Shown here piece by piece: positions 1 through 14,300 of a stretch of DNA of 64,000 bases (positions within the stretch are counted from its first letter, which is position 1; each line of letters begins with the position of its first letter). Below the pieces are notes generated by a model. The model saw only the letters and a list, made by a program, of their open reading frames with translations, was not told the DNA's origin and searched no databases. The translations under genes and the position numbers were made by a program. Location of the stretch: contig NC_092670.1 in NCBI RefSeq assembly GCF_964355755.1, positions 9,290,201 through 9,354,200 on the forward strand, read 5' to 3'. The DNA comes from Antedon mediterranea (taxonomy: Eukaryota > Animalia > Echinodermata).

Positions 1-1384
1 ATTTTTAGTATAAAATTTAAATTGGAAAATGGAAGGCTTGTAATGCCATAGCCACAAGAATTAAATTGGTGCTATATTCACAAAAGAATGGAACAATCCT
101 ATGTGCAAGCCATGGGATTGTCAACTGAGTACTCTTGTCAAGGCCTATGTCAAAAATTGGTCAAGTTGAATTGCCTTACCGACCGTAATGGTGGCTACGG
201 CCCTGTCTTATTTCACATGTAAACCAATATAGGCTTAATATTAGTATGTGACAAAAACATGATGCTAAAACTTAGTAGCAGACCTTTATTACATGTTAAT
301 GCATTGAAACCTGTAATATATTCACCTTAAGTATTGTTTTATGGCAAGATCTAATCATATATTGTGCTAATGGATCAGGATAGTGACTATGGATTATGTA
401 CTATACAATACATTATCAATAACGGCGTATATTTTACTATATTTGTGTTTTTGGCAAGTAAAGATCTATTTGCACATTGTGCAACGATAGATTATATAAT
501 TCAATAGAAATGGCAAATCATTTTTTGCTATTTGGTGATGTTCACATAGAGATCAATTTTAAGGAAATTACAATAATTATTTTTCTAAAATACGATTTTG
601 TTCAACTTTTAGCTTGTGTGCTGAACAACAACAACATTTTTGGCTCAGTAATTTAAGCTTAATTTTATACCAACCATGGCATTTACCTTTATGCGTTTTA
701 CTATACTTTGTTTTAATAAGAATTTTCAGAATCAACAACACATTAGAATAAAATAGAATGACATTTAGGAAAAGAATGAAATGAAAAAAATTAACATTAT
801 AACCAAAAAAAAAAAGAAAATCTTAGCCAACAATATTTTCATTTCAGATCGAAAATTTTTTTTAATGATGAATGGCTATTTTTTAACCTTTTTTTGTGGA
901 AAATATACATTTTTTATTTTTTTATTTGTGATTTTCTGAAAAGTTATTATTAATATATTTTAATTGACTTTGAAAATTGTGTTTTATTAGATACATTACA
1001 CTATTCTCTTTAATACATTTTATGATTTTTGTCACTTTTTAGTTCAGCAATTATGGTGATCTAATTTGGAGAACTTATGTGAAGTGATTTTATAATTGAT
1101 TTATTAAAAAATAATTATGCATGTCTTGTTAGAATTTGATATAAATAAATTGATTACCGGTACATGAAGAAATTAATGAAAGTAATGTATTATATCATTT
1201 AGGTCATGTTTATTAGTGTCTCTTAAGTCATCACAGCCTGGTCTGTGAAGAAGTGTAGACAGGCATTACAGGGACAAAGAATATTCAAACAGCTTAAACT
1301 GTAGAATCGTAATGACACATGTGGCAAAGATATTAATTTGTTTTTGGTTATTTATTAAAAGCTATCGGTTTGTGCGCGAGTGTT

Positions 1385-1660
1385 CTGATTGGCTGTATCA
1401 GAGCACAGCCTTTAACAGCCCCTGATTGCACAGAACTTATGAACAAAAGGCATACTATACAACATCTGCTAACTAGTTGCCATGGTAATGAATGAGAATC
1501 AACCAATGGGATGGTGTGTACCATCTGCATAATTAATTCATTCATATTGTAAGCTTTAGCTAGAAGAGAGGCCTACTGTAGGTTGAGTATAGTGATTGTC
1601 GGACACGCAGCAGGATGGAAGCAGATCGACGTGTGGGCCTCTCACGGATCCGTAGGTAGG
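1385..1660 (+). promoter_or_regulatory. Candidate internal promoter / alternative first exon
   Basis: Reverse CCAAT (ctgattggct, about 1385), near-perfect RFX X-box GTTGCCATGGTAAT at 1476-1489, CCAAT at about 1503, then a GC-richer segment ending in donor-like ag|gtaggt and ag|gtaaaa. Confidence 0.35.
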
Positions 1661-4600
1661 TAAAATCGTGAGGGTAGAGCATTTTACCAGTGTCAATTAA
1701 TAGGTAAAATGTGTTACATATACCATTTAGCTAATAACTGATATACATTTAGTTAGTAGTAATTTTTTAGAATATCAGTTTAGTATTTTTCATTCGTGAA
1801 TTGATTGTAAGTTGTAGTGTATGTTAAGTTTAATGAATATCTGTTTTTTAACTTACAAGTACTTTAGAAATGTCAAATTTAATTTAAGTTTAATTAAATT
1901 TGTTTATTTTTCTTAGACATAGCTATCATTTTGAATAATCTAGCTATCAAGAATAATAATTGGTATCTGAAAATAATGATATTTTTCTGGGATTTTTTTG
2001 TTGTTGACAATTTGAGTTTAATAATTACTGCAAAATCAAACATTATTTATTAAATTGTCAATATACATAATTAGTAGCTATTTTTTATAACGATTATTAT
2101 AATAGTGACAAAGATTTCAACTGTTAATAATTATTGTTGCATTGATTTGCTAAAATTCATGATTGACTCACTGCAGAGAATGGTTGGTCTTTGTTTGGAG
2201 CTCGTAGTAGTTCAGTCTGTGTTGTTTGACACAAACTATTGTGTTAGAGTGGCTATTGTTTCTCATTAATCTCCGTCCAAACTCTAACACATTGAAACAA
2301 AATGATAAATCAGTTCTCTTCGTGTTTTAGAATATATTCATGTACGCAGTTAAGTTCTTACAATTTACATTATTTTACCATTGTATGCATTTTTATTAAG
2401 GAAGAAGATTTTAAGCTTCTTTTATCGACTGTTGTCATTGGCTATTACATTGTCCCAGTTTTTTTTTTCTCCATAAAAGAAAAAAGATAAAAGAATATTC
2501 CATAATTGTAAATTTCAATTCTTTGTTCTCTAAAATGCATTATTATTTTTTACTATTATTGGTTAAACCTTGACTAGTAGTTTAGTATAAGGAAAAATAA
2601 TGAATATGCAAATTAAATCTAATGAATATGCAAATTTTGATTATGGCTTTATCCTACCTTTAGTTCTGTTGATTTATTGTTTCATTAAAATTGAACTTTA
2701 AACATTAAAGTAGCCGGTAATTTAAAATTACTGCTTCTTGATTTTCTTATCAATTTCGATTTCTATATGTTATGTAATTTAAAATATTATTTATAAAAAT
2801 TAATAATCAAAGAAAGATTAAATATAATTACGCTTGTGTTTAATTCATTTTTTTTTTTTTTTTATTGTTTATTACTTTACTTTCAAATAAGTTGATCCTA
2901 CCCTTAACTTACACTTTATGTAAATGATATGCAAATGATTTATAAATTTGCACAATGGGTTGATGAGTTTAACGTTCAGTAAGTATTTGTAAATTTAACA
3001 ACCATCATTTCCCAATATGTAATCAATGAAATAAAAGAACAATAGCGTTTGGAAAATTAAATAAATATATGAATCATTATATTCACATATCAATAAAAAT
3101 CGTTTATGAAATGTTTGAGATTAATCGTTGAATAAATGCATTAATTTAACAAATTAGCGTATATATTTATTGAATACTAATATTATAGGAGATGTGTCCC
3201 ACTAATTTTAATCTTCAATTAACAACCAAAAAAATAATAATATCCTGGATTTATAACATTCCTAATGTTATGATAACTCTAGAACTTTTAAAAAAAAATG
3301 AAACCAAACTGATATTTCCTTGCCGCTAACAAAGGTTTAGTCAAAATGGAACCATGGTCAACACCAGTTTTCTTGGTCATCCCCGACTCGGACGCCTCCT
3401 ACCCTTTAACAAAAAAATACTAGTGAACAGATGTCAATGAAATCAATATAACAACTTATTTGAAATACTATTTTTAATAGCTTAAGGAGTTTGTATTTAT
3501 GTTGATTAATTAGAGTTGAAAAGTTCCATATTTGTAGAGCCTTGATTTTAAAGTCCAAATTTTAATTTTTTTCTAAAAAAAAAGGTCTACCATTTATTTT
3601 ACATTTTTTATCAACCTATGTTTTTATCTTAAATTCTTACAGATTATATCAAAGCTTTTTACTGTTATTTTAACAATAATTCTTAGCGATTATTCTAACT
3701 GAATTTTTCAAGTCGTCATGAAACATTGATTATAATGTTTTAGTTGAGATTACATCCAACATCAGTAAACCCTCTGACTGCTTTATGCTTATCTCTGTAA
3801 ACATTAGCAATTTGACATTTTAGACTTTCATACTCAAACAAATATTACCTTTTCTTATTGTAAAAGTAATTATTTTTACAAGGATTGTTTATCTTGGCGT
3901 AGCGTACAAGTACATGTTCTGGTTTTTGTTTAATATATTAGATTTCCTTTGACATATATTCTCAATTTTTCTTAATGTTTCAGAAAAGAAAGATTACTTG
4001 ATTCTTTTTACTTATATATATTTTACCGTGCCAGTTCATGAATATATCAAAATTACAATTTACTCGCCTAGAAGTAATTTTTCAAATTTTAGAAATGTTA
4101 TGAAGAGTTATTGTCAAATAGTCATACTTTAATATTAAAATTAAAGAGAAGCTTTTACATCATGAAAAATATTATTTTATGTACAAAAAATATGTAAGAT
4201 AGATTGTGATAAAGTTATTCTACAAAATTTGAAAAAAAATGTGTATTTGACATTGAGAAATATTTGTTGATTTTATCATAGAGAAGAATGATTTTAACTA
4301 ACAATACAGTAGAACCTATTAGGGTGACAATTTTGGGGCCCAACAAAGTGCCTCTACCTTGAATAGGAAGTTAAACTAAATAACGAGTTTAGCCACGTGC
4401 CCTGTTTCACAGGAGAGTCTCTACTGGTTGCCATATTGTACTGTTAAAAACATACATTGCCCCTCGTTTGTTTTATTTGAAATTGCCCTATTGTTGATAG
4501 TGGGTGTCCCCAAAATAGGAGTGTTCTAAAAAAAGATTGTACTGACTGTATAGTAGGACATGCATGAAGATGAATGTAGATCAGGTTGTGGATGTGGTAC

Positions 4601-5417
4601 TCAAGACATTCAGTTCACTGATCAAGCACATCTTGGTCAAAGTCCACTGATAATGCAGTTTGCTCTAAGAGTGTATAACTGATCAAATATTGTTCATTTT
4701 GATGGATTACATAAGACCAAATAAGGAATTGTTGAGCGATATTTATTCAGAATTTTCATCTTTTTAGAAGCTTTTAAGTACAAACTGCAAGACAATGGCA
4801 TTTGCTAGTTAGTCATTAACACTGACCTTTGATCCTAATTACGGCTTAAGTTAAACTTCAAATTAACAAACGACGCTGTGATGTACTTGCAAAATGGCTT
4901 CCGCATTAACTTAGCGATGTTTACCGCATATAGTTGGCCTGTCCGTCAGTAAATGCCCGACGCCTTTAGCTTCAATTGCGGGAAGATCATTCTCCTGGGA
5001 GACACTAGATCGTTGTAAAAGTTTCTATATGTAGGGGTTTGTATCTGCTAATAGGTTTCTTACTTTAGCGAGTTCTTGATGAAGCAGTATAATGTCTGCG
5101 CTATCTTTTGATTAAGAATTTCGTCTGTTCAGAATGTGGATCTGTAGTTTAGCCAAATAAAATACATGATGCATTTTTTGTGTTGGCAGCTTCATTATAA
5201 ATTCTATCATTGCTTTTCTTATCAATTCTATTTCACAATAACTTTATTTATTGGTAACTAATGGTCACACATTTCTTTTTATATGATTAAACATACATTA
5301 TGTTTTTTTGTTTTTCTTTTGCTTTTATTTTTTAAAATTATATTTGACTGCGATGCGACAAGAAAAAGTAATCTAGATAAATAAAAGTAGAATGTAGATG
5401 GTTTATTTATTTACAAA

Positions 5418-5530
5418 TCTGTCTACACTATCAAACTTTATGTGACAAAAAATTGTGATGTGCCATCACTACCGTATTTGTGTTTATCACTACCATATTT
5501 AAGCACATCACGTTTTTTGTCAAACTAAAA
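5418..5530. mobile_element. Partial copy of MITE family A
   Basis: ctgtctacactatcaaact...gtgatgtgcc...gcacatcac...gtcaaacta, shared with the copies at 13431 and 19208. Confidence 0.65.
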
Positions 5531-8500
5531 AAACCCATTGAAACAAAAAGAACGCAATTGTATTGCATTATGTTCAGGTGATTGCTATGTAACAAATCAC
5601 AATTCTTAATCACAGAAATGACACATCAAACATTGTTCCTAGTTCTTTTGTAGTTATTACGAGTTAATCAAATTTGTTAAAAATCAATACTGATTTTGCA
5701 ATGATTATTAGCATATTTGCTATTCCACATGAGTAAACCCCAATCTAGCACCGCACTCATCCAAACTTTTATTGTAATCCGACCAGTCAGATTTTATGAG
5801 CCGTTCTTCCAGCATCAGGGGAATTCACAAGCTGTAATTTGCATATAGAATACTACGTAATATACCGTAATTTTTGAATATTGCAAATACAACGTAAGAA
5901 TTGAATTACAAAATTGCATTTGCTCTGTGAGTTCAGGCTTTCACAGGCTTTTCACTGTAAACAAATGGAATTATCTACAGTTTCAAATTTTGAATCGAAT
6001 CTAAACTATAAATCCAACCAGCTTATTTAATATTGAGTTTTAGTATACATTTCTGAATTTTATTTTATGCTATAATTACACAAATAATAGTTTCTCTTTA
6101 TGTGAAGTTGTTTTTAAGAACATTTTCTTTTTATTTAGATTTTTGAATTTATTGTGGGTTTCCACACTTCTTTTTGTTGCAGTTTTGCTTATTTCTGGGT
6201 TTTTAAAATATGTATTCTGTTAATTTATTATAGTATTCTGAGATGAGAACGCTTCATATAGTTTTCAGTCACTCATAATTTTTTTTTATTTGTTTATTTA
6301 TATTATGTTTATTTGTCCATAGTCAAGGTAACGAAATAAAAGATTGAACTGTATTGTGGAAATTATTATTATTAATAATTCTTTTAAAACATGTTTAATT
6401 AACACAATTTACATAAGAATTATTATTTACTTATTGCAAATCCTTCATTTTCCCCGGTGCATTTTTAATTCCATTCTTTTCCATATGGATAATTGACTAT
6501 ATTAAATGCCTACTCTAAGGAAATGATTGTTACAAATACATGGGCCAGGATTGACAAGCATTGATAGAAAGCCAGGCGGAATTCAATTGGGAATAGGATG
6601 TTTAATTTTGAGATTTCCTTGTGTATTATTACATGTTGCATGGACAATTACCATCGCTAAGATAGATTCGTATCTCTGAAGTCTCATCCCGGTCTCATCT
6701 TAGTGTCTTATCCGTATCAATATATCCGTTTGAGGGTCACGATGCGTTGCTATACAAGATTAGTTGGATACTTCTACTAATATAACATTTTCTTGGTGAA
6801 TCTAACAGCATCCAAAAACCAATTATAGCTTCGTAATGTTCGTATGTGTTTTTTGCTATCATGACAGAGATGATCTTAATATAATATGAGGATAAATATT
6901 CTTATACTAGATTTTATATACAGTATAAATTAAATTTATTTTTCCAATGTAATATTATAAATGATTTTTATAAACTTAAACTTTGTGAAATTAATAGCCT
7001 GAATGATACAAACAGTTTTTTTGTATATAGAAATTCATATATTATAATTTATTGAAATAAAGTAATAATTATTATTAATTATACATTTTTTTTTATATCT
7101 AAAGAGGATATATCAGAGGTAACAATTATATTACAGTTTTCTAAAGATGTAGTGTTACAACTATACACAATAAATTATAAATATTTTTAGGTATAATAAT
7201 GCATTTTTAATATGTTAATGTATTTTAATTTGTATTTTAAAAGTGAATTTATTCAATAATTGTTTGCCTTGACATTTTTCACTCATAAAAATTATATGTA
7301 ATAAGTGTAAATAAGGGTAATTAACATACATAATGAGATGGTTACAGTAGATATTATTCCTTATTTGGTAATAAAAGAACAAAAGTTTTAAATTGTTTTA
7401 GATGGAAATAGATATTGAAGTAGCATATTATACGATTTATTGTGCTTTCATTCTCTACATCAAGAACATTAACAAAAAATTCTAGATTACTTATAGTCAC
7501 AGATGGACGTACAGATTTAGCTGTCGTTTTTTGCACGGCCATTATGGTTAAATCTGAGCTATGCGTAAAAACTCATCTACCTCCTATTCATGCTGTTACC
7601 ATATATATGAAGGATTAAACGTTCTTTTAACCAGGCCATGAGATTGTTTGCGAAACATAATTGAATTATAATGACCTGCATCAGTGACCTTTGCGTATAA
7701 TGTACGAGATTAGATTTTGGATTACGCTATTTTCAATCCTGATGAATTACTCCTTTAAGCATTCTTACGTTGACGGTTGAAAGAAAAAAAAAACGACCTT
7801 GTCGTATAACCCTTCGGCAAATTGCTAGCGAGTGATATGTTCATCAGAAGCTTCTTTTGATAACTCAATTTTTAGATCATTCACGATTGGACAGTTCAAC
7901 TGAGCATACCTTGGGAAATATTACTTTGAACACGCCAATTCTCTCAGATCCCTTTGTCTCTGCTGCAGTCATAGATTTACACGCTTTTAAGATTTCGACA
8001 TGGCAAACAATACTGAAATTAAATTCTTAAATAGATTAATGTCATCTTGGTTTGTCACTGAAGTACGGTTTATATTTTACTTGCCATCAAACTCAATATT
8101 ACAATTTTTATGTTATGGTACCTTGAAGGTAAAATCTGTCTTTTTACAGTTCAATCAAGCTTGGCTCTGCATGTCAAAGATTATCTGTTGACAGAAGTTA
8201 CCCATTTTATTCTTTTAACTAAAAATCTAACATCATCATCAATATTTTATCAACAATAATGTTATCATTATCATCAACAATATCATCAATATATTATCAT
8301 TATTATCAATACATTATCAACAATTTAATTAATTAGTATCAATTTATATTATAAATATATTTTTCAACTTAACTGACATAAACTTAACTGAGATAAAAAC
8401 CTTTAACATTATCACATAAAATTATCATAAATTATCATTAATAATCAATATATTATTATCATATATAACAGTAAGTTATTTATTTTATTTCTACAAAGAT

Positions 8501-9011
8501 AACTTTATGAAAAAAAAATTGTGATTATTAAACAATTATTTAAAAACGTTATAATTTTGCTCCATAAAAAAAAAAATGTTTTCAGCTATGAATATGATAT
8601 CTGAAGAAGCAAAATTATGCCAGTAATTTGAGTGAAATGACACTTGAAATGCTTGATTTGACCATTTATGTTATCAAGATTTCACAGCGAGATTGTGCAT
8701 GATAGACCTACTTGCCACACAATGCCTTGATAGACAACAATGAATAGAGAGACAAAGAAAAGGTTGAATAATGTATACGATGGAACATAACATAGTCATT
8801 TTAAATCAATTGTGATGAGGAGAATAGACTTTATTCTTTATATACTTTTTTATTTCTTTATGTGTGTAATATCAACATTATCAATAGCATCATCAATATA
8901 TTATCATCAAAATTATCAATGTAATTATCAATTTATTAATACACTATCAATATCATATAAAAATAACGCTTAAAAAAAAACGTTTCGACTCCATCATGGG
9001 GTCATTATCAA

Positions 9012-9800
9012 GGCATATGACCGTTTCGGCCACAGACAGTTTCGGCCACAACAGATTTCTATGGCGCGCCATTCACGCATATATTAGACCGTGCTATTGT
9101 TTTTGCTATTTAGTTATCGCATCTCATGCTTTGTTGGATAGTATTTTTTAGGACCGTTTATTAGGTAAAATTTTACACGCAAAAACAACGCAGGCATTTC
9201 TATTAACATTTATTTACCAGTGTTTCATTTACATCTTACAACAAATTAATTCTTAATAATTATATACTTTCTTCAATTGTTTCTTCCGATAAAATAAATC
9301 GTATTCTTAACCACTTTGTTCTTCCGTTTCTTATTCCTTCAAAGTTATATTTATTGTACACAATAAAATTAGTATATATCCCTACGTACTTCAATTCGTT
9401 TTATATTTATAGAAAAATGTACATACAATTAGTATCACTTAGGCCTCATTCAATTCATTTCTTTTATTTGTAAAAACTATACATTTTAATTTCAACCGTA
9501 TTGTATTTTTTGTACTCTGAAATATCGGCGGTATCTACGTAATTCTTCGTTTCTTATCTCATCATGCCACCTAGCTACAAAATACGTGTTAGTATTTTAT
9601 TTTCATTATTAATTAATTAATTAATTAATTGCCAAGTTTGTCTGTGTCCGTGTTTTCCTGTGTAAAAACAAAAGTAAAACGCAATGAAATCGATAATCCT
9701 GTATTACATTGTCGTGTCTCATTGTTCCCCTATCAATGGCACTATGGGCGTTTCATAGATATGGTAGTAATATTGTCTGTGGCCGAAGTTGGCCTAATCC
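9012..9800. mobile_element. Non-autonomous DNA transposon with TIRs
   Basis: Left end ggcatatgaccgtttcggccacagaca, right end tgtctgtggccgaagttggcctaatcc; flanked by the direct duplication attatcaa (9004-9011, 9801-9808). Confidence 0.75.
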
Positions 9801-11158
9801 ATTATCAAGTCCAATGAATAAAATTTAAAACAACAACTAATTAAATAGCACAAGCCAACCGTGGTCAAAGTTTAACAATAAACGTACCCTCATTCGTAAG
9901 TATCAATATCATCGGTTAAATTATTTAATAAACATATTACTGTACTATAAAGAACATAATTAAGACTATTATTTTGTTTTATGTTAATATAATCATCAAA
10001 TAATAATGAAAATTGTATTTATATTATAATAAATATATTAACAACACTATCATTACCATATAAGCATAATATACTATCAACATTATGATAATTATAATAA
10101 ATATTTATCAACACCAAAATGTTATCAAGATGCTTATTTTGTTGGCAAATATAGAAAAATAAAATGATTTGTTATCATTTTTAGCTCTGATCACATCTGC
10201 TATTTTCTTTTCTATTTCAAAATTTATTTTCTATTTCATTTTATGGATCGCTAGGTCCATGATGAACTTTCAAACTCTCTACAACGGACGCGCTTCATGC
10301 CCGATTGAAAATCATATAAACATACGATTTTTTATTCATGATAAATACTAATATATGTTGTTGTATATTTTTGGTCTATCGATCTAATGTGAGATTTCAT
10401 TGATATACTTAGTTCACATTATTGATTGAGATGGCCGATATTTTTACCGAATTAGGATTAATGCAAGCAGGTCATAAAAGCAACGATCGTTGGTTACTCA
10501 CTTAGCGTAAAGTTAATCTGATGTGGCTCTATGAGCAAATAGATAATGCACACGTAAATTTATACTTAATCGCAGGAATTAAAACCATTAAGGACGCCGA
10601 GTGAAAAGACCGCTGATGAAGCAGTATGAGATACATCTGAAAATAATTCAGCATAAGCTAAAGATTTTTTGTTGGAATGTTAATTTTGAATTTTTCATTA
10701 GCATCGATGAGATAGATTAATTATTTATTAATGTACTAGTAAGGCCATCACACTTTGCGTTATTCTTAAGACTATAAGCAATCGTGAAAATAAACTACAT
10801 CCAATTCTGTTCTATAAAACCTTCATAATTAATTAACTATGCAACTAAAGTTATTACTTATTTTTATGTACATTTTGACTGGATTAGAAATTTTTTTTAT
10901 ATACATAATTTCTTCTCATCTTGGTTTAATTCTGAATAAATTAAATTGAATTTCCCACAAAATAGCTTGTGTACAAAATATACTACATAATACATAAACG
11001 TATAATAATCATAATTTTCAATTTCCATTTTGTTTTTATTTTATCATCATCCACTTTCAAATATGTTCTCTTGAAAAAATAAAGATGTAAATGTTGAATT
11101 CAAAAGCAATAATATTATACCGGTAATTGAAAACTTTTTTTTTTTAAATATTTTTCAG

Positions 11159-11374
11159 GTATCATCCGAGATCCATACGCCACAGGTTGAAAGAAGCGAC
11201 AACCACAATCCCACCCTGATCATTCTAACGCTTATCCTAGTTGGATGCGTCTTAGGCGTTCTTCTCGCCGTTATCGCAATATTCTGCTATCGACAAAAGA
11301 TAAAAACACGGGACAAACTTAAAAACGTCGCCACGGGTTCAGTCTCGGAGAAGGAGGCGACTGTCGACTACCAG
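11159..11374 (+). CDS. PTPRN: PTPRN-like exon: juxtamembrane + transmembrane helix
   Basis: tttttcag|GTA...TACCAG|gtaaaa; 72 codons [72 protein letters not shown]. Not in the ORF track. Confidence 0.9.
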
Positions 11375-14300
11375 GTAAAAGACAATATTTTATAAAGACG
11401 ATTTTGTAACCAATAGTGGTCTCTAGCTGATGTGGTAATTCTGTATACCTAAAATTTAAATTTTTTTTTCTTGTTTTCCCCTTCAAAATACAAATAATGT
11501 ATCCAACATTTATTTAATTAGGCATTGCAGTATCATTTTAGAGGGGGAGGAAATGGTGGTTCTATTCACTAAAATCATTGCCCAATGTGCAACCATTTCT
11601 TTTTTTAATTTCTTTTCTCTTGAACTATTTCTTTCTTTCTTTTTGAAGCCACGTATTGTAAGAGTAAAGCATTATCAGATATGAGGTCCTTAATAGGATG
11701 GAGATAAATTTTTAAGTTTCCATAAAATGATATAAATACTGCAAATATTAAAGGTAACAGCTGGTTTTATGAGGCAAGTAAACAATAGCGCAATTTACAC
11801 AGCTGCCACCATTCACTAAACAAAAGCTTTCAAAGTTCTTATTCTAATATGCAATAAAAGAGTTGTATTGTAAAATGAACATGTTGTACTTTCACATTTA
11901 ATGTGTACACTAGGTTCTAGTTTGGATTACATAATCAATAGGGAATCAATAAAAGAAATTAACAAAGAAAATACTTTGAAAAAAACAGTATATTTAATTT
12001 TTTTAATTAAGATATTTTGAGATAATTACGTTTTTAAAATACTTCTAAAAGAGTATACAGTATACTTGTATTATATAGGCCTACTGTATGTCTTTCCAAC
12101 ATCTGTAAAATCATAAATGATATATAAAATATCTCTTTAGCATAAACAAAGTACGCTTTTTTTAAATTTAAATATTTAATTAATATTGTTTCCTCAAAAT
12201 TTCACATATTCCACATAGTGTATGTATTCCGTTTTCTGTCAATTATCAATAGTTATATCAATCAATTATCATTTTTTTTACAAATTATCAAAACACATTT
12301 AAATTTAATTTCAATCTGTGTTCTATATATTTGTATACCGTAATTTGATTTTCAATCTTGTCTTCAAGGTACTCCAATTATGAAATATCTGAATTAACTA
12401 TAGTTGTTTATCTCTCTGTATGGCATACCCCTTGTTTTGACTATCTCCCCAGGCCCTAACCAAGATAAATGGCATTCTATAATTGCACAATCGCTGCGAC
12501 ATCTACGATTTTTTGTCAATCAACCTTGGTAGCATTTATCATGTTATTGTAATGAATATTATTATTGATAATTTAAAAATTTAATACAAAAATGTATGGA
12601 CATTTTTTTTTTTAAACCTGAAAGTTTAATTCCATATTGTAACAACATATATAATAATCATAACATTAGAAAGAGAATACTTAAATTTTCGTCTAACAAA
12701 AATATGAAAGCATACATCATACCATCTAAATAATTCCTCCATACTGCAAGCAGGAACGCGTACGACATCGTAGTAGAGGGCGGTACAGAAATGTAATAGT
12801 TATTTCCGAACAAAATACTGCCCATGATAAACATTCAATATTTAATTTTAGATTCAATATTCTAATTTTTTTTATTCTAATCGCTCCTTTAAATGAAAAA
12901 TAAAATGTCAACCACAACATTACAGCAACCTTCTCCTCCAATATATTTAAACATCTTTATTTTGTTTACCTAAACATAGTCATTTTTTCATTACATATGT
13001 TTGAACTTTTTCTTTTAATGATAAGTTTAAACTTTGTTTTCAAAATATGTTAAGATAATTTAGATTCTGTAGTAAAAAAAGTAGATCTTTATCATTAATA
13101 TTTTCATCTGTCTGACTACCATTCATTAGTTTCAATTAAAATCTCTACACTAGAATGTTTTTGATTATTAGAAAATTTAATAACCCAGAGATGGATATGA
13201 ATTTGCTAATGTGAGTACTTTCCCGTATGGTTTAGCAAATTGTTATAAAAAATCAATATCATTCATTTATCTGATACAAAGCAAAATTAATAAGTGATTT
13301 TGTTGACTAGGTGATTGATGCTATAGTTTACTAATCTACCTTTCATGGTATTGTATTAATTAATCATGGGTGTGGTTTTTGTGTTGTGTTTAAAAGTCCA
13401 GTTTCAACTAGGAAAATGTATTCGCGCTTTGCTCTGTCTACACAATCAAACTAATATTTTGGCATATTACTACCATATTTAGGCACATCACACGTTGTTT
13501 GTCAAACTAGTTTGATAGTGTAGATAGAGCTTAAAGGCTGGTTTCCACTAGGCAAATTTATTTGTGCCTATACTGTATATGCGATATTTTATGTTCAACT
13601 TCAATTTATTTATATAATGAATTGCGATAATAAAGTTAAGTTTAAGAAAATATTCCACCTTTGAGTCCCTTTCTGCTACTATCACATAAATCACCGACAC
13701 ACATTCTTGAAAGATGGAGGCATTCGCACTCTCGTATTTTACAATACAAAAAGAAAAAAATTACAAAAATATATTAAATTAAAATAACATATTAATTAAC
13801 ATAGTGAAAACTATTAAAAGAAAAATAATTAAAAATTAAAGATTCAACCTGAATACAGCCATGGTAGTATATGATAAAAAGTTACAGATATTGTCTGCTA
13901 AAATATGTAAATTAAAGATGAATAAAATCATGCATTGAATAGGCATTTGTAGTCTAATATAGTTATTTACTTCAACAAAAAACAAATGATTTACTTGTAA
14001 AAAAAAAACAAAATAACAGTTAAATGTACAAAAAAAACTATTGTCTGACGACAATGGACTGGTTTTCTTGAAATTGTGGGTTTCTTTTTCATGTTTATCT
14101 TTTTTTTTTTAGTCATAATGGAATATTTTATTTTGTTTTTTCAAGGGAACAATATATCTTGAAAGTAAATTTGTAATTAAAATAGATTAACATTTTTGAG
14201 GAAATGAAAAAAACAAATTACTCAAAATCACAGAACCTTTATAGATAAACGAGCTTTTATAGCAAATTTTTGTCTGCTGTTTAATTATGCATAATGCATT

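Noticed and set aside
1582-1651. Possible PTPRN ectodomain coding exon (LSIVIVGHAAGWKQIDVWASHGS)
   Set aside because: Weak acceptor and no resemblance I can recognise to the IA-2 SEA-like domain; kept only as a promoter/first-exon candidate.
10614-10645. CTGATGA...GAAA hammerhead-like spacing
   Set aside because: Stem II has mismatches and lacks the closing G-C pair; no stem I or III.
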